Source of the DNA: Selenomonadaceae bacterium
Lineage (GTDB): Bacteria; Bacillota; Negativicutes; Selenomonadales; Selenomonadaceae
Length of the DNA stretch: 53,274 bases
Direction of reading: 5' to 3'
Assembly: GCA_017406175.1 (NCBI GenBank)
Contig: JAFQZB010000316.1
Coordinates: forward strand, 1-53,274
Positions 8,571 through 17,616 of the stretch are shown one piece after another (the first letter of the stretch is position 1; each line of letters begins with the position of its first letter). The notes beneath the pieces were generated by a model that was not told the origin of the DNA, ran no database searches, and worked only from the letters and a program-made list of their open reading frames with translations. The translations under genes and the position numbers were made by a program.

Positions 8571-9143
8571 TCAAGTCAAATTGCAATCTTGACAGGCTCT
8601 GTACCAGTTATTTACGTCGTTATTCAAAAGCAGTGCCGGATTCGCCGCAACATATTCCATAAACCAACCGGACAACCCATCCCAATCTTCCAATTTGCCT
8701 GGCGGGTGAAGTGTCCAACCAATTTCCTTAAGTGTGGAAGTCGACTTTGCCATATTCCGTTTCATTGACGTGCAAACCAAATTATCATCGTCATTCGTGC
8801 CAACGAAGGCAAGCGGGATAATGTGGTCAATGCTCGGAAATAAATCCCAACAAGCTTGATGAGTTTCGTCCGTCTTCCAATTTGCATGACAAGGAAAAAC
8901 ATCGGGCAACGTAGCCGACAAGACACACAGCACGCCCGGAAAGATTAGCCGTTCGCCCGAATAGCGGTCGATAAAGTCGTCTCTCATGAACAGGGCGATT
9001 TGCTCCTTCTTCGTAAATGCCTTGCGTTTCTTGAGCGGCTTAACGTGTGGATAATTTGTCCGAATGATATATTTTGCTTGTTCTATGTCGCCGACTGTCA
9101 GAGCTGTGCAAGTCTGTTTGATAGCGTTTACAGAGCTTAACAA
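8571..9143 (-). CDS. HNH-motif endonuclease-like protein
   Basis: C-terminal half contains IDHIIPLAFVGTNDDDNLVCTSMKRNMAKS (D-H...N...N-x-x-K, an HNH-like pattern). A terminator hairpin lies at ~8541-8566. Confidence 0.55.
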   Translation of the reverse strand: MLSSVNAIKQTCTALTVGDIEQAKYIIRTNYPHVKPLKKRKAFTKKEQIALFMRDDFIDRYSGERLIFPGVLCVLSATLPDVFPCHANWKTDETHQACWDLFPSIDHIIPLAFVGTNDDDNLVCTSMKRNMAKSTSTLKEIGWTLHPPGKLEDWDGLSGWFMEYVAANPALLLNNDVNNWYRACQDCNLT

Positions 9144-9155
9144 TACCGCACCTCT

Positions 9156-12100
9156 TTACATGTAGTCGATTGAGGATTTCTGCTTCTCTTGCTTCATAAA
9201 GCCCAGTTTCTTAGCGACCCACTCCGTTATGACGAACAGCACGGGGATAACGAAGATTCCCAGCATCGTCGCGAAAAGCAAACCGCCCACGACGCAAACG
9301 CCCATACCATTTCGAGCTGCAGAACCTGCGCCCGTCGCCACAGCTAAGGGCAAGCAACCGATTATGAACGCAAAGGAAGTCATGAGTATCGGACGCAAGC
9401 GCAAGCCCGCCGCCTCAATAGCCGCCTTGACGGGGGGCATTCCTCTATCGACGCGGACTTTTGCGAACTCGACGATTAGGATTGCATTCTTCGCCGCCAA
9501 GCCGATTATAGTTATAACACCAATCTGGAAGTAAACGCTATCTTGTAATCCGGCGTTTTGCTGACCGTTGTTAAGAAACGCCTCAAACCACGCCATGAAG
9601 TATTCCGAGAAGACCGCGCCGAAAAGTCCTGTAGGCACGCTGAGCAACACCGCATACGGCACCGACCAACTTTCATAAAGCGCGGCGAGCATTAGGAAGA
9701 CGAACACCAACGCCAACGCTAAGACTTGCCCGGTGGAGCTTGCCGCTTTTTTTTCTTCGCGAGACTGCCCCGACCACTCGATATTGAAGCCGACGCCCGC
9801 CTCCTCGTTGACGATTTCTTCAATGGCAGCCATTGCTTGACCGGAGGAATAACCTTGCCCCGCGTTGCCCTGAATCGTCACTGCACGCGCCGCATTGAAC
9901 CTTGAAATCTGCGTTGGACCTGTCGAAAGTTTTGGCGTGATTAAACTCATGAGCGGCACCATTTGCCCGCCCGAACCTTTGACGAAAACGAACCGAGCGC
10001 AGTCCGCCTCTGAACGATAAAGCACGTCCGATTGAAGCATTACCTTGTAAGTGCGCCCGAACTTGTTAAAGTCGTTTACTTGCATGCCGCCGAAATTGAC
10101 TTGCAGAGCCGTGAAGACGTCCGCCAAATTCACGCCGAGGAGTTTAACCTTTTCGCGGTCAATCTCGTATTCGACGGTCGGGGAGGCAATGTTAAAGGTC
10201 GTGCGCACTCCTTGCATTTCTGGACGCTGATTGGCTCTGGCGACGATTCGTTTTGTCAGGTCGTCAAGCTCCGTGTCCGTGTGTCCCGCCATGTCTTGAA
10301 GTTGCATAGACCAGCCGCCGACGTTGCCTAAGCCGGGCAGTGCGGGCGGGTTGAAGGCGATAACCTGCGCTTCGGGAACAGTCATTGCGCCGAGCCTAAA
10401 CATCGTCCCGATACACGCATTAACCGACGCATCCTTGCCGCGCTTAGTCCAATCCTCCAGACCGCAGACGATAATACCCGCGCTAGGCTTTGCGCCGAAC
10501 GACAGAATATCAAAGCCCGTAATCATCATGCAGTTTTTAAGCCCAGGCATCTCCTTCATAACCGCGCCGCCGAGCTTGTCAATCGTCGCAACGGTATGAT
10601 TCATTGAAGTTCCTTCGGGCAGGTTTATCGACGTGAAGAAATATCCTTGGTCTTCTTCGGGTACGAACGTGGACGGGAGCCGCTGATAAATCAATCCCGT
10701 AACACCGACGATAATCAGCAGGAAGACTATCGCGAGCTTTGAACGCTTGATGAACGCCGCGACGATATTAACGTAAGAATTCTTCGTGCGGTCGAACCAG
10801 TTATTGAAGGCGTTAAAGAACTTGTCGAAGAGCCCCTGTTTTTTGTTGGGGTCTTTAGGTTTAAGAATCATGGCGCAAAGTGCCGGCGTCAAAGTCAGCG
10901 CGACGAATGCCGATAAGCCCATGGAAATTGCGATTGTTAGCGCGAACTGCCGATAGAGGACGCCCATCATGCCGCCGAGGAAAGCAACGGGCACGAACAC
11001 CGCCGCCAAGACGAACGCAATAGCCACGACCGGTCCTTGCACCTCGTCCATAGCGCGTTCAGTTGCGTCCACGGGTTGCAGTCCTTCTTCCATGTGGTGT
11101 TCGACGTTTTCGATAACAACTATTGCGTCGTCGACGACCAGACCGATTGCCAAAACCATTGCGAACAGTGTTAGCGTATTGATTGAGAAGCCTAAAACGA
11201 TGAACGCCGCGAACGTTCCGATTAACGACACGGGCACGGCGAGGAGCGGAATCAGCGTTGCCCGCCAACTTTGCAGGAAGATAAAGATAACCAGCACGAC
11301 CAGAGCCAACGCCTCAATGAACGTGTGCGCGACTTCATTAATCGAGGCGCGGATATAATCTGTGCTGTCGAAGATTTCGCTGATAAAAAGGTTGGGCGGT
11401 AGGTTCGGTCTCTGCCGTTCGATAATGTCTTGCACGCCGCGGACGGTTGTCATTGCGTTTGCGTCGCTGGTTAGCTGAATACCGAAGCCGACAGCCGGAT
11501 AGCCATTGAACTTCGCGACGATATTATTTTGGCGTTGCCCCGGCTCAATTCTGGCAACGTCTTTCATGTAAACAAAGGTGCCGTCGTCGTTCGCCTTGAG
11601 GATAATGTTCTCGAATTGTTCAATCTCCGTGAGCCGCCCCTGAACTTTGCCAGTGAATTGTTTCTCCTGACCTTGCGCCAGAGGCATTGAACCGATTGTG
11701 CCAGCCGCCGCCTGAAGGTTCTGTTCGTTAATGGCGGCTGAAACGTCGGAAACAGCCAAATCGAATTCGGCGAGCTTGTCGGGGTTGAGCCAGATACGCA
11801 TTGAGTAATCGGAGCCGAAGATTTGAACATCGCCCACGCCGTCGACGCGTTTAATCTCGTCCATCAGATAAATATCGGCGTAGTTCTTCATGAAAGCGCG
11901 GTCGTATTCACCGGTCGGCGAGTACATTGATAGGAACAGAGCCATTTCATTGGACGCCTTACGAGTCGTGACGCCTTGCCGCTGAACGTCGGTTGGCAAG
12001 CTTGCGTTGGCGATTGCGACGTTGTTTTGAACCTTAACGGAGTCCATATCGCCATCGGTGCCGACCTCGAAGACGACTTGCAAGCTATATCGTCCCGTGT

Positions 12101-12350
12101 CGTCAGAGTTGGAGCTCATGTAGTCCATACCGTCAGTACCGTTTACCTGCTGTTCGATGACTTGCGCGATAGTTTCGTTGACGACTCCGGCATTAGCCCC
12201 CGTGTAAGTCGTGCTAACGGAGATTGTCGGCGGAGAGATTTGCGGATATTGCGCGATTGGCAGTTGCATTCCCGCCAGGATTCCCACAAGCGTAATTATC
12301 AGCGCAATGACTATCGCAAAGATTGGTCTGTGAATAAAAAATTTTGCCAT
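9156..12350 (-). CDS. RND efflux transporter permease (AcrB/HAE1 family)
   Basis: 1064 aa, MAKFFIHRPIFAIVIALIITLVG N-terminus, 12-TM architecture with two large periplasmic loops. Confidence 0.93.
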   Translation of the reverse strand: MAKFFIHRPIFAIVIALIITLVGILAGMQLPIAQYPQISPPTISVSTTYTGANAGVVNETIAQVIEQQVNGTDGMDYMSSNSDDTGRYSLQVVFEVGTDGDMDSVKVQNNVAIANASLPTDVQRQGVTTRKASNEMALFLSMYSPTGEYDRAFMKNYADIYLMDEIKRVDGVGDVQIFGSDYSMRIWLNPDKLAEFDLAVSDVSAAINEQNLQAAAGTIGSMPLAQGQEKQFTGKVQGRLTEIEQFENIILKANDDGTFVYMKDVARIEPGQRQNNIVAKFNGYPAVGFGIQLTSDANAMTTVRGVQDIIERQRPNLPPNLFISEIFDSTDYIRASINEVAHTFIEALALVVLVIFIFLQSWRATLIPLLAVPVSLIGTFAAFIVLGFSINTLTLFAMVLAIGLVVDDAIVVIENVEHHMEEGLQPVDATERAMDEVQGPVVAIAFVLAAVFVPVAFLGGMMGVLYRQFALTIAISMGLSAFVALTLTPALCAMILKPKDPNKKQGLFDKFFNAFNNWFDRTKNSYVNIVAAFIKRSKLAIVFLLIIVGVTGLIYQRLPSTFVPEEDQGYFFTSINLPEGTSMNHTVATIDKLGGAVMKEMPGLKNCMMITGFDILSFGAKPSAGIIVCGLEDWTKRGKDASVNACIGTMFRLGAMTVPEAQVIAFNPPALPGLGNVGGWSMQLQDMAGHTDTELDDLTKRIVARANQRPEMQGVRTTFNIASPTVEYEIDREKVKLLGVNLADVFTALQVNFGGMQVNDFNKFGRTYKVMLQSDVLYRSEADCARFVFVKGSGGQMVPLMSLITPKLSTGPTQISRFNAARAVTIQGNAGQGYSSGQAMAAIEEIVNEEAGVGFNIEWSGQSREEKKAASSTGQVLALALVFVFLMLAALYESWSVPYAVLLSVPTGLFGAVFSEYFMAWFEAFLNNGQQNAGLQDSVYFQIGVITIIGLAAKNAILIVEFAKVRVDRGMPPVKAAIEAAGLRLRPILMTSFAFIIGCLPLAVATGAGSAARNGMGVCVVGGLLFATMLGIFVIPVLFVITEWVAKKLGFMKQEKQKSSIDYM

Positions 12351-12372
12351 AAGCAGTCTCCTTCGCGGGGAA

Positions 12373-13986
12373 TCAGTTCCCCAAATAAATTTTCTCGTCC
12401 GTCAAGTTTTCAGTTCGCGCCAAGACAAATGCCGCCGCTACGTCGCCCGTCACGTTGAAGCAAGTTATAGGTCTGTCGCAGAGTGCGCCGATACAAAACA
12501 CCAGCCCTGTAATATCGTTGGGCACGCCGAAGGTACCGACGATTGTCAAAATGCAAATCACTCCAGCATTGGGCACGGCAGGCATTCCGACGGACAGAGA
12601 CACGGTCATTGCCAAAATTGCCGCCAGAGTGTTCAAGTCGACTTCCACGCCGTACATCTTCAAGAACATAATCGACATACTAGACAAGCCAATACAAGCA
12701 CCGTTCATGTTGACAGTCGTGCCAATCGGAATGGCGAATGAAGAAATCTTCGGCGAAATACCAAGTTTCTCCGTGCAAAGCTTCATCGTTATGGGCATTG
12801 AGACACTACTACTGCTCGTCGCAAAAGGTACAGTCCACATCGACGGGATTTTCTTTAGGAAAGGCAACGGAGTAATTTTCCCTAAGAACAAAATCATCAG
12901 CATATAGACGCCGAGCATTAAGATAAGGCAGACCAGTTGCAGGAAAACCAATTTGGAAATCTCCAGAAGTAGCTCCGTGTTCGTGTCCAGTGCCATAGAC
13001 ATCATCGCGGAAAAGACTATCAGCGGCATAAAGGAAATTATCATGCCGACCATCTTCATGAACAGTTCGTTGCAGTTGTCTATGAGTTCTTCAAGGAGCT
13101 TGACTTTTTCGCCGAGCGCGTTCAAACATATTCCCGACAGCACGGCTATAAAAATCACCTGCAATAAGTTTCCGTCGACAATCGGGCTAACCAAGTTGTT
13201 CGGGATTATGTCGACGACAAATTTAACCAGCGAAAATTCGTAAGGCTGACCCTTGACGTTATCGGCGACAATCGTCGCGACTTGAGGTGCGCCGCTTTGA
13301 AAGAAAATCATCGAGAGCATCAACGTAATCGCCGCAGCAATGCCCATTGTACTCACATACAAGCCGATTAACTTTGAACCGACTTTGCCGAGGTTAGCAC
13401 CTTCGCCCATGCCCTTGACGCCGCTTATAATGCTAAAGAAAATCACGGGCGCGATAACCATGTTCAGCGCGTGCAGAAACATCGTATTGATTGGCGTCAT
13501 AATATCTTTTTCAATGAACGAAATTATTTCGGGCGAAAGAATTAAATTCATCAACACACCGCAGACGACGCCGCCCGCCATTGACCCCAAAGTCAGCTTC
13601 ATCAGGCGGTTGCTTTCGTCGCGCACGTTGATTATCACGACGCTGAAATTTTTCTCGCGGAACCAGTTTATCCTCTGCCGATTAGCCTTGAGAATCAGTA
13701 AGCGGTAATAATCTTCGTCCTCGCTCCATTCCGAAATGTTGACGGCTGAAAAGGTCGGACTATCGGCGGCGGTCATACGAACTTGAACCTTGCCGAAAAA
13801 GTTTTTGACGACGCGAACTTTAACTTGCTTGGCGTTTCGGCGATTAATCATGAGCCAAAAGATTTCTTCGACCAAAAGCTCCGTGTTCAAAATGTCGCGT
13901 GGTTCAACTTTCAATCGTTCAAGTTGTTTCTCAAGTTCCTCGTTCATTTGCGAAAAATTTTCTGCGGTTATCAAGATTGATTCCAT
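12373..13986 (-). CDS. Dicarboxylate/amino acid:cation symporter (DAACS) with a ~130-aa N-terminal degenerate GHKL/anti-sigma-kinase-like domain
   Basis: The C-terminal ~400 aa has the DAACS look (multiple TMs, reentrant-loop-like PIGTTVNMNG and TGDVAAA). The N-terminus (TELLVEEIFWLMINR...) aligns by eye with the RsbW-like protein at 25134-25541 (TELVIEEIFVNIASYAY...). Confidence 0.75.
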   Translation of the reverse strand: MESILITAENFSQMNEELEKQLERLKVEPRDILNTELLVEEIFWLMINRRNAKQVKVRVVKNFFGKVQVRMTAADSPTFSAVNISEWSEDEDYYRLLILKANRQRINWFREKNFSVVIINVRDESNRLMKLTLGSMAGGVVCGVLMNLILSPEIISFIEKDIMTPINTMFLHALNMVIAPVIFFSIISGVKGMGEGANLGKVGSKLIGLYVSTMGIAAAITLMLSMIFFQSGAPQVATIVADNVKGQPYEFSLVKFVVDIIPNNLVSPIVDGNLLQVIFIAVLSGICLNALGEKVKLLEELIDNCNELFMKMVGMIISFMPLIVFSAMMSMALDTNTELLLEISKLVFLQLVCLILMLGVYMLMILFLGKITPLPFLKKIPSMWTVPFATSSSSVSMPITMKLCTEKLGISPKISSFAIPIGTTVNMNGACIGLSSMSIMFLKMYGVEVDLNTLAAILAMTVSLSVGMPAVPNAGVICILTIVGTFGVPNDITGLVFCIGALCDRPITCFNVTGDVAAAFVLARTENLTDEKIYLGN

Positions 13987-13999
13987 GTTAGGTTATTCC

Positions 14000-15277
14000 T
14001 TATTTGCCGCGCAAGTTATCGGGGGCATTGGGATTAGTATTGGGTGCAGTGAGTCCCGCGTCCGCGTTATAAGTGCTAGTGACGTTCGCAAGCGTGAAGC
14101 CCATTTCGCCGGGCGTAACAGTCTTAACATCAAGTTCAACGCCCTCGCGCAAGTTCGTCAAGCCTTCTACAACAACAGTATCGTCCGTGCTAATGCCGCT
14201 GTTCACGACGAAATAACTGCCGACTTGGTCGCCAAGCTCCACGGTGCGTGCCTCGGATTTATTCTCTTTGCCGACGACCATAACGAACGACTTGCCTAAG
14301 AGCTGCTGAACGGCTCGTTGCGGAACTAAGATTGCATTAGGAATGACTTCGCCGGTTAGTTTGACGCGGGCGAACATGCCGGGCATCAAAAGACCGCTGG
14401 GATTAGGAAAGAGTGCTTTCATGATAAGCGAGCCAGTGTTGTTTGCAAGCTCGCGGTCGACCTCGACGATACGACCTTCAAAAGGATATTCTTTGCCGTC
14501 GGAAAGAGTTATCGTCACGTCGATTGGGTTATGGTCGGATTGCATGTTCTGAACCGTCATGAAGTGCAGGTAATCCGCCTCGCTTATGGAGAACTGAACA
14601 AAGATTGGGTCGGGCGCACCGATTGTAACCAGATTAGTTTGCCCTGATGATACGAACGTACCGATTGACACGTCGTCGACGCCGAGCTGACCTGACATAG
14701 GCGCGTAAATCTTTGTGTCGTCGAGATTCTCTTGAGCAGTCCTAAGGGCGGCTTGGCAGGCGTAAATTGCCGCCTCGTTTGCCTCGCACGTCGCCTCGTC
14801 TGCCCGGACTTTTGCCGCTTGAGTAGTTACGGCTTGTTCGGGGATTGCCGATTCTTTAAACAGTTGCTCATTGCGCCGCAAGTCCGTCAAAGAGTTGTTG
14901 TAAGTCGCTATCGACTGCTGAAGAACCGCCTCGGCTTGAGCTAAGTCGGCTTGCGCTCGGAGAACGGCGGATTGATATTGCCGCGAATCGATTTGATAGA
15001 GCAACTGCCCCGCCTCGACGTATTGCCCGCCGACGATATACTTTTCGACGACGTTGCCTGAGACTTTTGATTGAACCTTAACTTCCTCCGTGCCGACCAA
15101 ATGCCCGGCGTACTCACTTGCTAGCGGCGTGTCTCGTCGAATGACCTTCATCGCTTTGACTTGCGCCTTTTGAACTTGAGCTTGCTGTTGCTTATCGTCA
15201 CCGCAACCGCCGAACAGTATCGAAGACGCGGCGAGAATTGCCGCCAGTGTCGTCAATTTGGCTTTCGATAAAACCAC
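14000..15277 (-). CDS. RND efflux periplasmic adaptor (membrane fusion protein), lipoprotein
   Basis: GTG start after SD GGGAGGGG. Lipobox FGGCG. Coiled-coil hairpin and beta-barrel regions typical of the HlyD/AcrA family. Confidence 0.88.
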   Translation of the reverse strand: MVLSKAKLTTLAAILAASSILFGGCGDDKQQQAQVQKAQVKAMKVIRRDTPLASEYAGHLVGTEEVKVQSKVSGNVVEKYIVGGQYVEAGQLLYQIDSRQYQSAVLRAQADLAQAEAVLQQSIATYNNSLTDLRRNEQLFKESAIPEQAVTTQAAKVRADEATCEANEAAIYACQAALRTAQENLDDTKIYAPMSGQLGVDDVSIGTFVSSGQTNLVTIGAPDPIFVQFSISEADYLHFMTVQNMQSDHNPIDVTITLSDGKEYPFEGRIVEVDRELANNTGSLIMKALFPNPSGLLMPGMFARVKLTGEVIPNAILVPQRAVQQLLGKSFVMVVGKENKSEARTVELGDQVGSYFVVNSGISTDDTVVVEGLTNLREGVELDVKTVTPGEMGFTLANVTSTYNADAGLTAPNTNPNAPDNLRGK

Positions 15278-15314
15278 TTAGACCCCTCCCATTTCTCTGC
15301 GTATTTGCTAAAGA

Positions 15315-15343
15315 ATTTTAAGGTTTCGGCGGCTAAATGTCAA
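15315..15343 (-). promoter_or_regulatory. Sigma70-type promoter for the efflux operon
   Basis: On the minus strand: TTGACA (15343-15338), 17-nt spacer, TAAAAT (15320-15315). Confidence 0.55.
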
Positions 15344-15344
15344 T

Positions 15345-15373
15345 TTGAACTTGCGCGAACAATAAGTTATAAT
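15345..15373 (+). promoter_or_regulatory. Sigma70-type promoter for the fol operon, divergent from the efflux promoter
   Basis: TTGAAC (15345-15350), 17-nt spacer, TATAAT (15368-15373). The -10 box overlaps the ORF-track ATG at 15372, which argues for a downstream start. Confidence 0.55.
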
Positions 15374-15392
15374 GCGGGCGGGAGATGATGTC

Positions 15393-16226
15393 TTGAAAAA
15401 ATTTTTTAAACTACGCGAAGACCGGAGATTGAAGGTCGGCGGCAAAACTTTGATTATGGGTATCTTGAACGTCACGCCCGATTCATTTTCGGACGGCGGG
15501 AAGTATTTCTCGGTCGAGGCGGCGACGGCTCATGCCGCGCAGATGATTGAATACGGCGCGGACATTATCGACATAGGCGCGGAGTCCACCAGACCGAACG
15601 CGATTCCAATCAGTGCAGAGGAAGAGTTCGCCCGCCTTGAAAAAGTCGTGCCTGCAGTAAAGAATCTCGGCGTGCCAATCTCAATCGACACTTATAAACC
15701 CGAAGTCGCCTCGCGTGTCTTGCAGATGGGGGCGGACATTATAAACGACGTTCACGGCTTGGAAGATGTGCGCATGATTGACGTTGCTAAAAAGTTTAAT
15801 GCACCAGTCGTCGCCATGCACAATGAGAAGTGTTCGGACGCTGACATTGTCGAGGACGTGAAAAGATTTTTCCGACGCACAGTAAAGAATTGTTTGGAGC
15901 ACGGCTTCGACACCACGCAAATTATCTTCGACCCTGGCATAGGCTTCGGGAAGACTTACAGCGATGACTTGACGATATTGCGCCGCCTCAGGGAGCTTAG
16001 GACTTTGGACGAACGAAGAATCCCTTTGCTGATTAGTGTAAGCCGCAAACGCGTTATCGGGCGGGCGACGCGGCTTAGCCTTGACCAACGCGACGAGGCG
16101 ACTGGGGCTTTGTGCGTCGACGCGATAACTAAGGGCGTAAATATTGTCCGCGTCCACAACGTCAAGATGATTTCGCGGATGTGTTTGATGATTGACAGAC
16201 TGATTAAAGGAGACAGGGTAGCATGA
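15393..16226 (+). CDS. folP: Dihydropteroate synthase
   Basis: MGILNVTPDSFSDGG and DIGAESTRP motifs. TTG at 15393 was chosen because the ATG at 15372 lies inside the -10 box. The start is uncertain. Confidence 0.88.
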   Translation: MKKFFKLREDRRLKVGGKTLIMGILNVTPDSFSDGGKYFSVEAATAHAAQMIEYGADIIDIGAESTRPNAIPISAEEEFARLEKVVPAVKNLGVPISIDTYKPEVASRVLQMGADIINDVHGLEDVRMIDVAKKFNAPVVAMHNEKCSDADIVEDVKRFFRRTVKNCLEHGFDTTQIIFDPGIGFGKTYSDDLTILRRLRELRTLDERRIPLLISVSRKRVIGRATRLSLDQRDEATGALCVDAITKGVNIVRVHNVKMISRMCLMIDRLIKGDRVA

Positions 16227-16585
16227 CGGACAAAATTATTTTGCAGGGCTTTGAAGTCAAAGGGCGGCATGGTTGCTCGGAGGAGGAGCGCAAGCACGAG
16301 CAACCTTTTATCGTGGACTTGGAACTTTATCTGGACTTGTCGCAGTCGGCGAAGACTGACGACTTGGGCGACTCTATTGACTATACGCTTATCCTTGACG
16401 ACGTTAAGAAGATTATCGGCGGCACCTCGCGCAATCTGATTGAAACCGTCGCCTATGACATCAGCGAGTTCTTGCTTAGGCGTTATCTGCTCTTGGAGGG
16501 CGTGAAGATTGTTCTTCGCAAGCCCAATCCGCCCGTCAAAGAGAAATTCGCGGGCGCGGCAGTCGAAATCGTCCGCCACAGATGA
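16223..16585 (+). CDS. folB: Dihydroneopterin aldolase
   Basis: DKIILQGFEVKGRHGCSEEERKHEQPFIVDLELYLDL is the FolB signature. ATGA overlap with folP. Confidence 0.88.
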   Translation: MTDKIILQGFEVKGRHGCSEEERKHEQPFIVDLELYLDLSQSAKTDDLGDSIDYTLILDDVKKIIGGTSRNLIETVAYDISEFLLRRYLLLEGVKIVLRKPNPPVKEKFAGAAVEIVRHR

Positions 16586-17616
16586 TTTACTATCTGGGCT
16601 TGGGGGCGAACCTCGGCGAACGTGAACGGACATTGCGGCGGGCGATTGAACTCATAAAAAAAATTCCCGCCGTCAAACTTCAGCGGGTGTCGTCGTTTTA
16701 TGAGTCGGAGCCGTGGGGCGTCGTCAATCAACCGAACTACATCAACGCCGCGATAAAGATAGCAACGGAGAGGGAGCCGCTGGACTTGCTAGACGAGTTG
16801 CAACGGATTGAATTGGAGCTGGGCAGAGTTCGCCGCGAGCATTGGGGCGCACGCACGATTGATATTGACGTTCTCTACGGCGCGGAAATTTCTTGCGAAC
16901 GGCTGACGGTGCCGCATAAGTTCCTTTTCGACCGTGACTTTGCATTAGTGCCGCTCAAGGAGATTTGCCCGACGCTTGATTGCAAGTTGCATGGCGATAA
17001 AGTCTTCCGCGTGGCAGGTTCGCCGATTGACTTTGGGCTTAAGCTCGTCGCGTGCATTGATAAAGACTTCGGGCTGGGCAAGGGCGGTCGATTGCTTTTC
17101 CGCATTCCCGAAGACCTAAAGAACTTCCGAAGCCTGACGCTTGGTCACACGATAATTTACGGACGCAAGACGCTTGAGACCTTCCCGAATCGTCAGCCGC
17201 TAGACGGGCGCAGGAACATTATCCTAAGTCGCACGCTGAAGAGTTTATCGGGCGCGGAGGTCGTCGGCAGTGTCGAGGAGCTGTTTAACGTCCTTGACGC
17301 GGCAGAGAACTTTGTTATCGGCGGCGGGCAAATCTTTAACGAACTCATTGCATACGCGGCGGGCAACGTGACGTTGCATCCAGCGAACGCGTCCAAGTCG
17401 TCGATAAACTCAGCTAATCCCCGCGCTCAAATGAAGAACTTTGTTATCGGCGGCGGGCAAATCTTTGATGAACTCATTGCATACGCGGCGGAGATTCTTT
17501 TAACGGTCGTCGATGCTAAGGCTCAAGCCGATACTTTCTTCCCGAACGTTGACGACTTCACCTTGACTGATAAGAAAATCCTTGACGGCTTCGAGTTTAG
17601 GAGATATACACGATGA
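16582..17616 (+). CDS. Bifunctional HPPK (FolK) - dihydrofolate reductase (FolA) fusion with a 43-aa in-frame insertion
   Basis: The N-terminal ~150 aa is HPPK-like (YLGLGANLG..., [19 protein letters not shown]). The C-terminal part is DHFR-like ([65 protein letters not shown]). Confidence 0.85.
   Translation: MIYYLGLGANLGERERTLRRAIELIKKIPAVKLQRVSSFYESEPWGVVNQPNYINAAIKIATEREPLDLLDELQRIELELGRVRREHWGARTIDIDVLYGAEISCERLTVPHKFLFDRDFALVPLKEICPTLDCKLHGDKVFRVAGSPIDFGLKLVACIDKDFGLGKGGRLLFRIPEDLKNFRSLTLGHTIIYGRKTLETFPNRQPLDGRRNIILSRTLKSLSGAEVVGSVEELFNVLDAAENFVIGGGQIFNELIAYAAGNVTLHPANASKSSINSANPRAQMKNFVIGGGQIFDELIAYAAEILLTVVDAKAQADTFFPNVDDFTLTDKKILDGFEFRRYTR
17306..17491 (+). repeat. 57-bp direct repeat (17306-17362 and 17435-17491) flanking a 72-bp insert inside the DHFR domain
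   Basis: The two 57-mers differ only at AAC versus GAT. The period of 129 bp keeps the reading frame. The insert contains the palindrome GCAACGTGACGTTGC. Confidence 0.9.
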
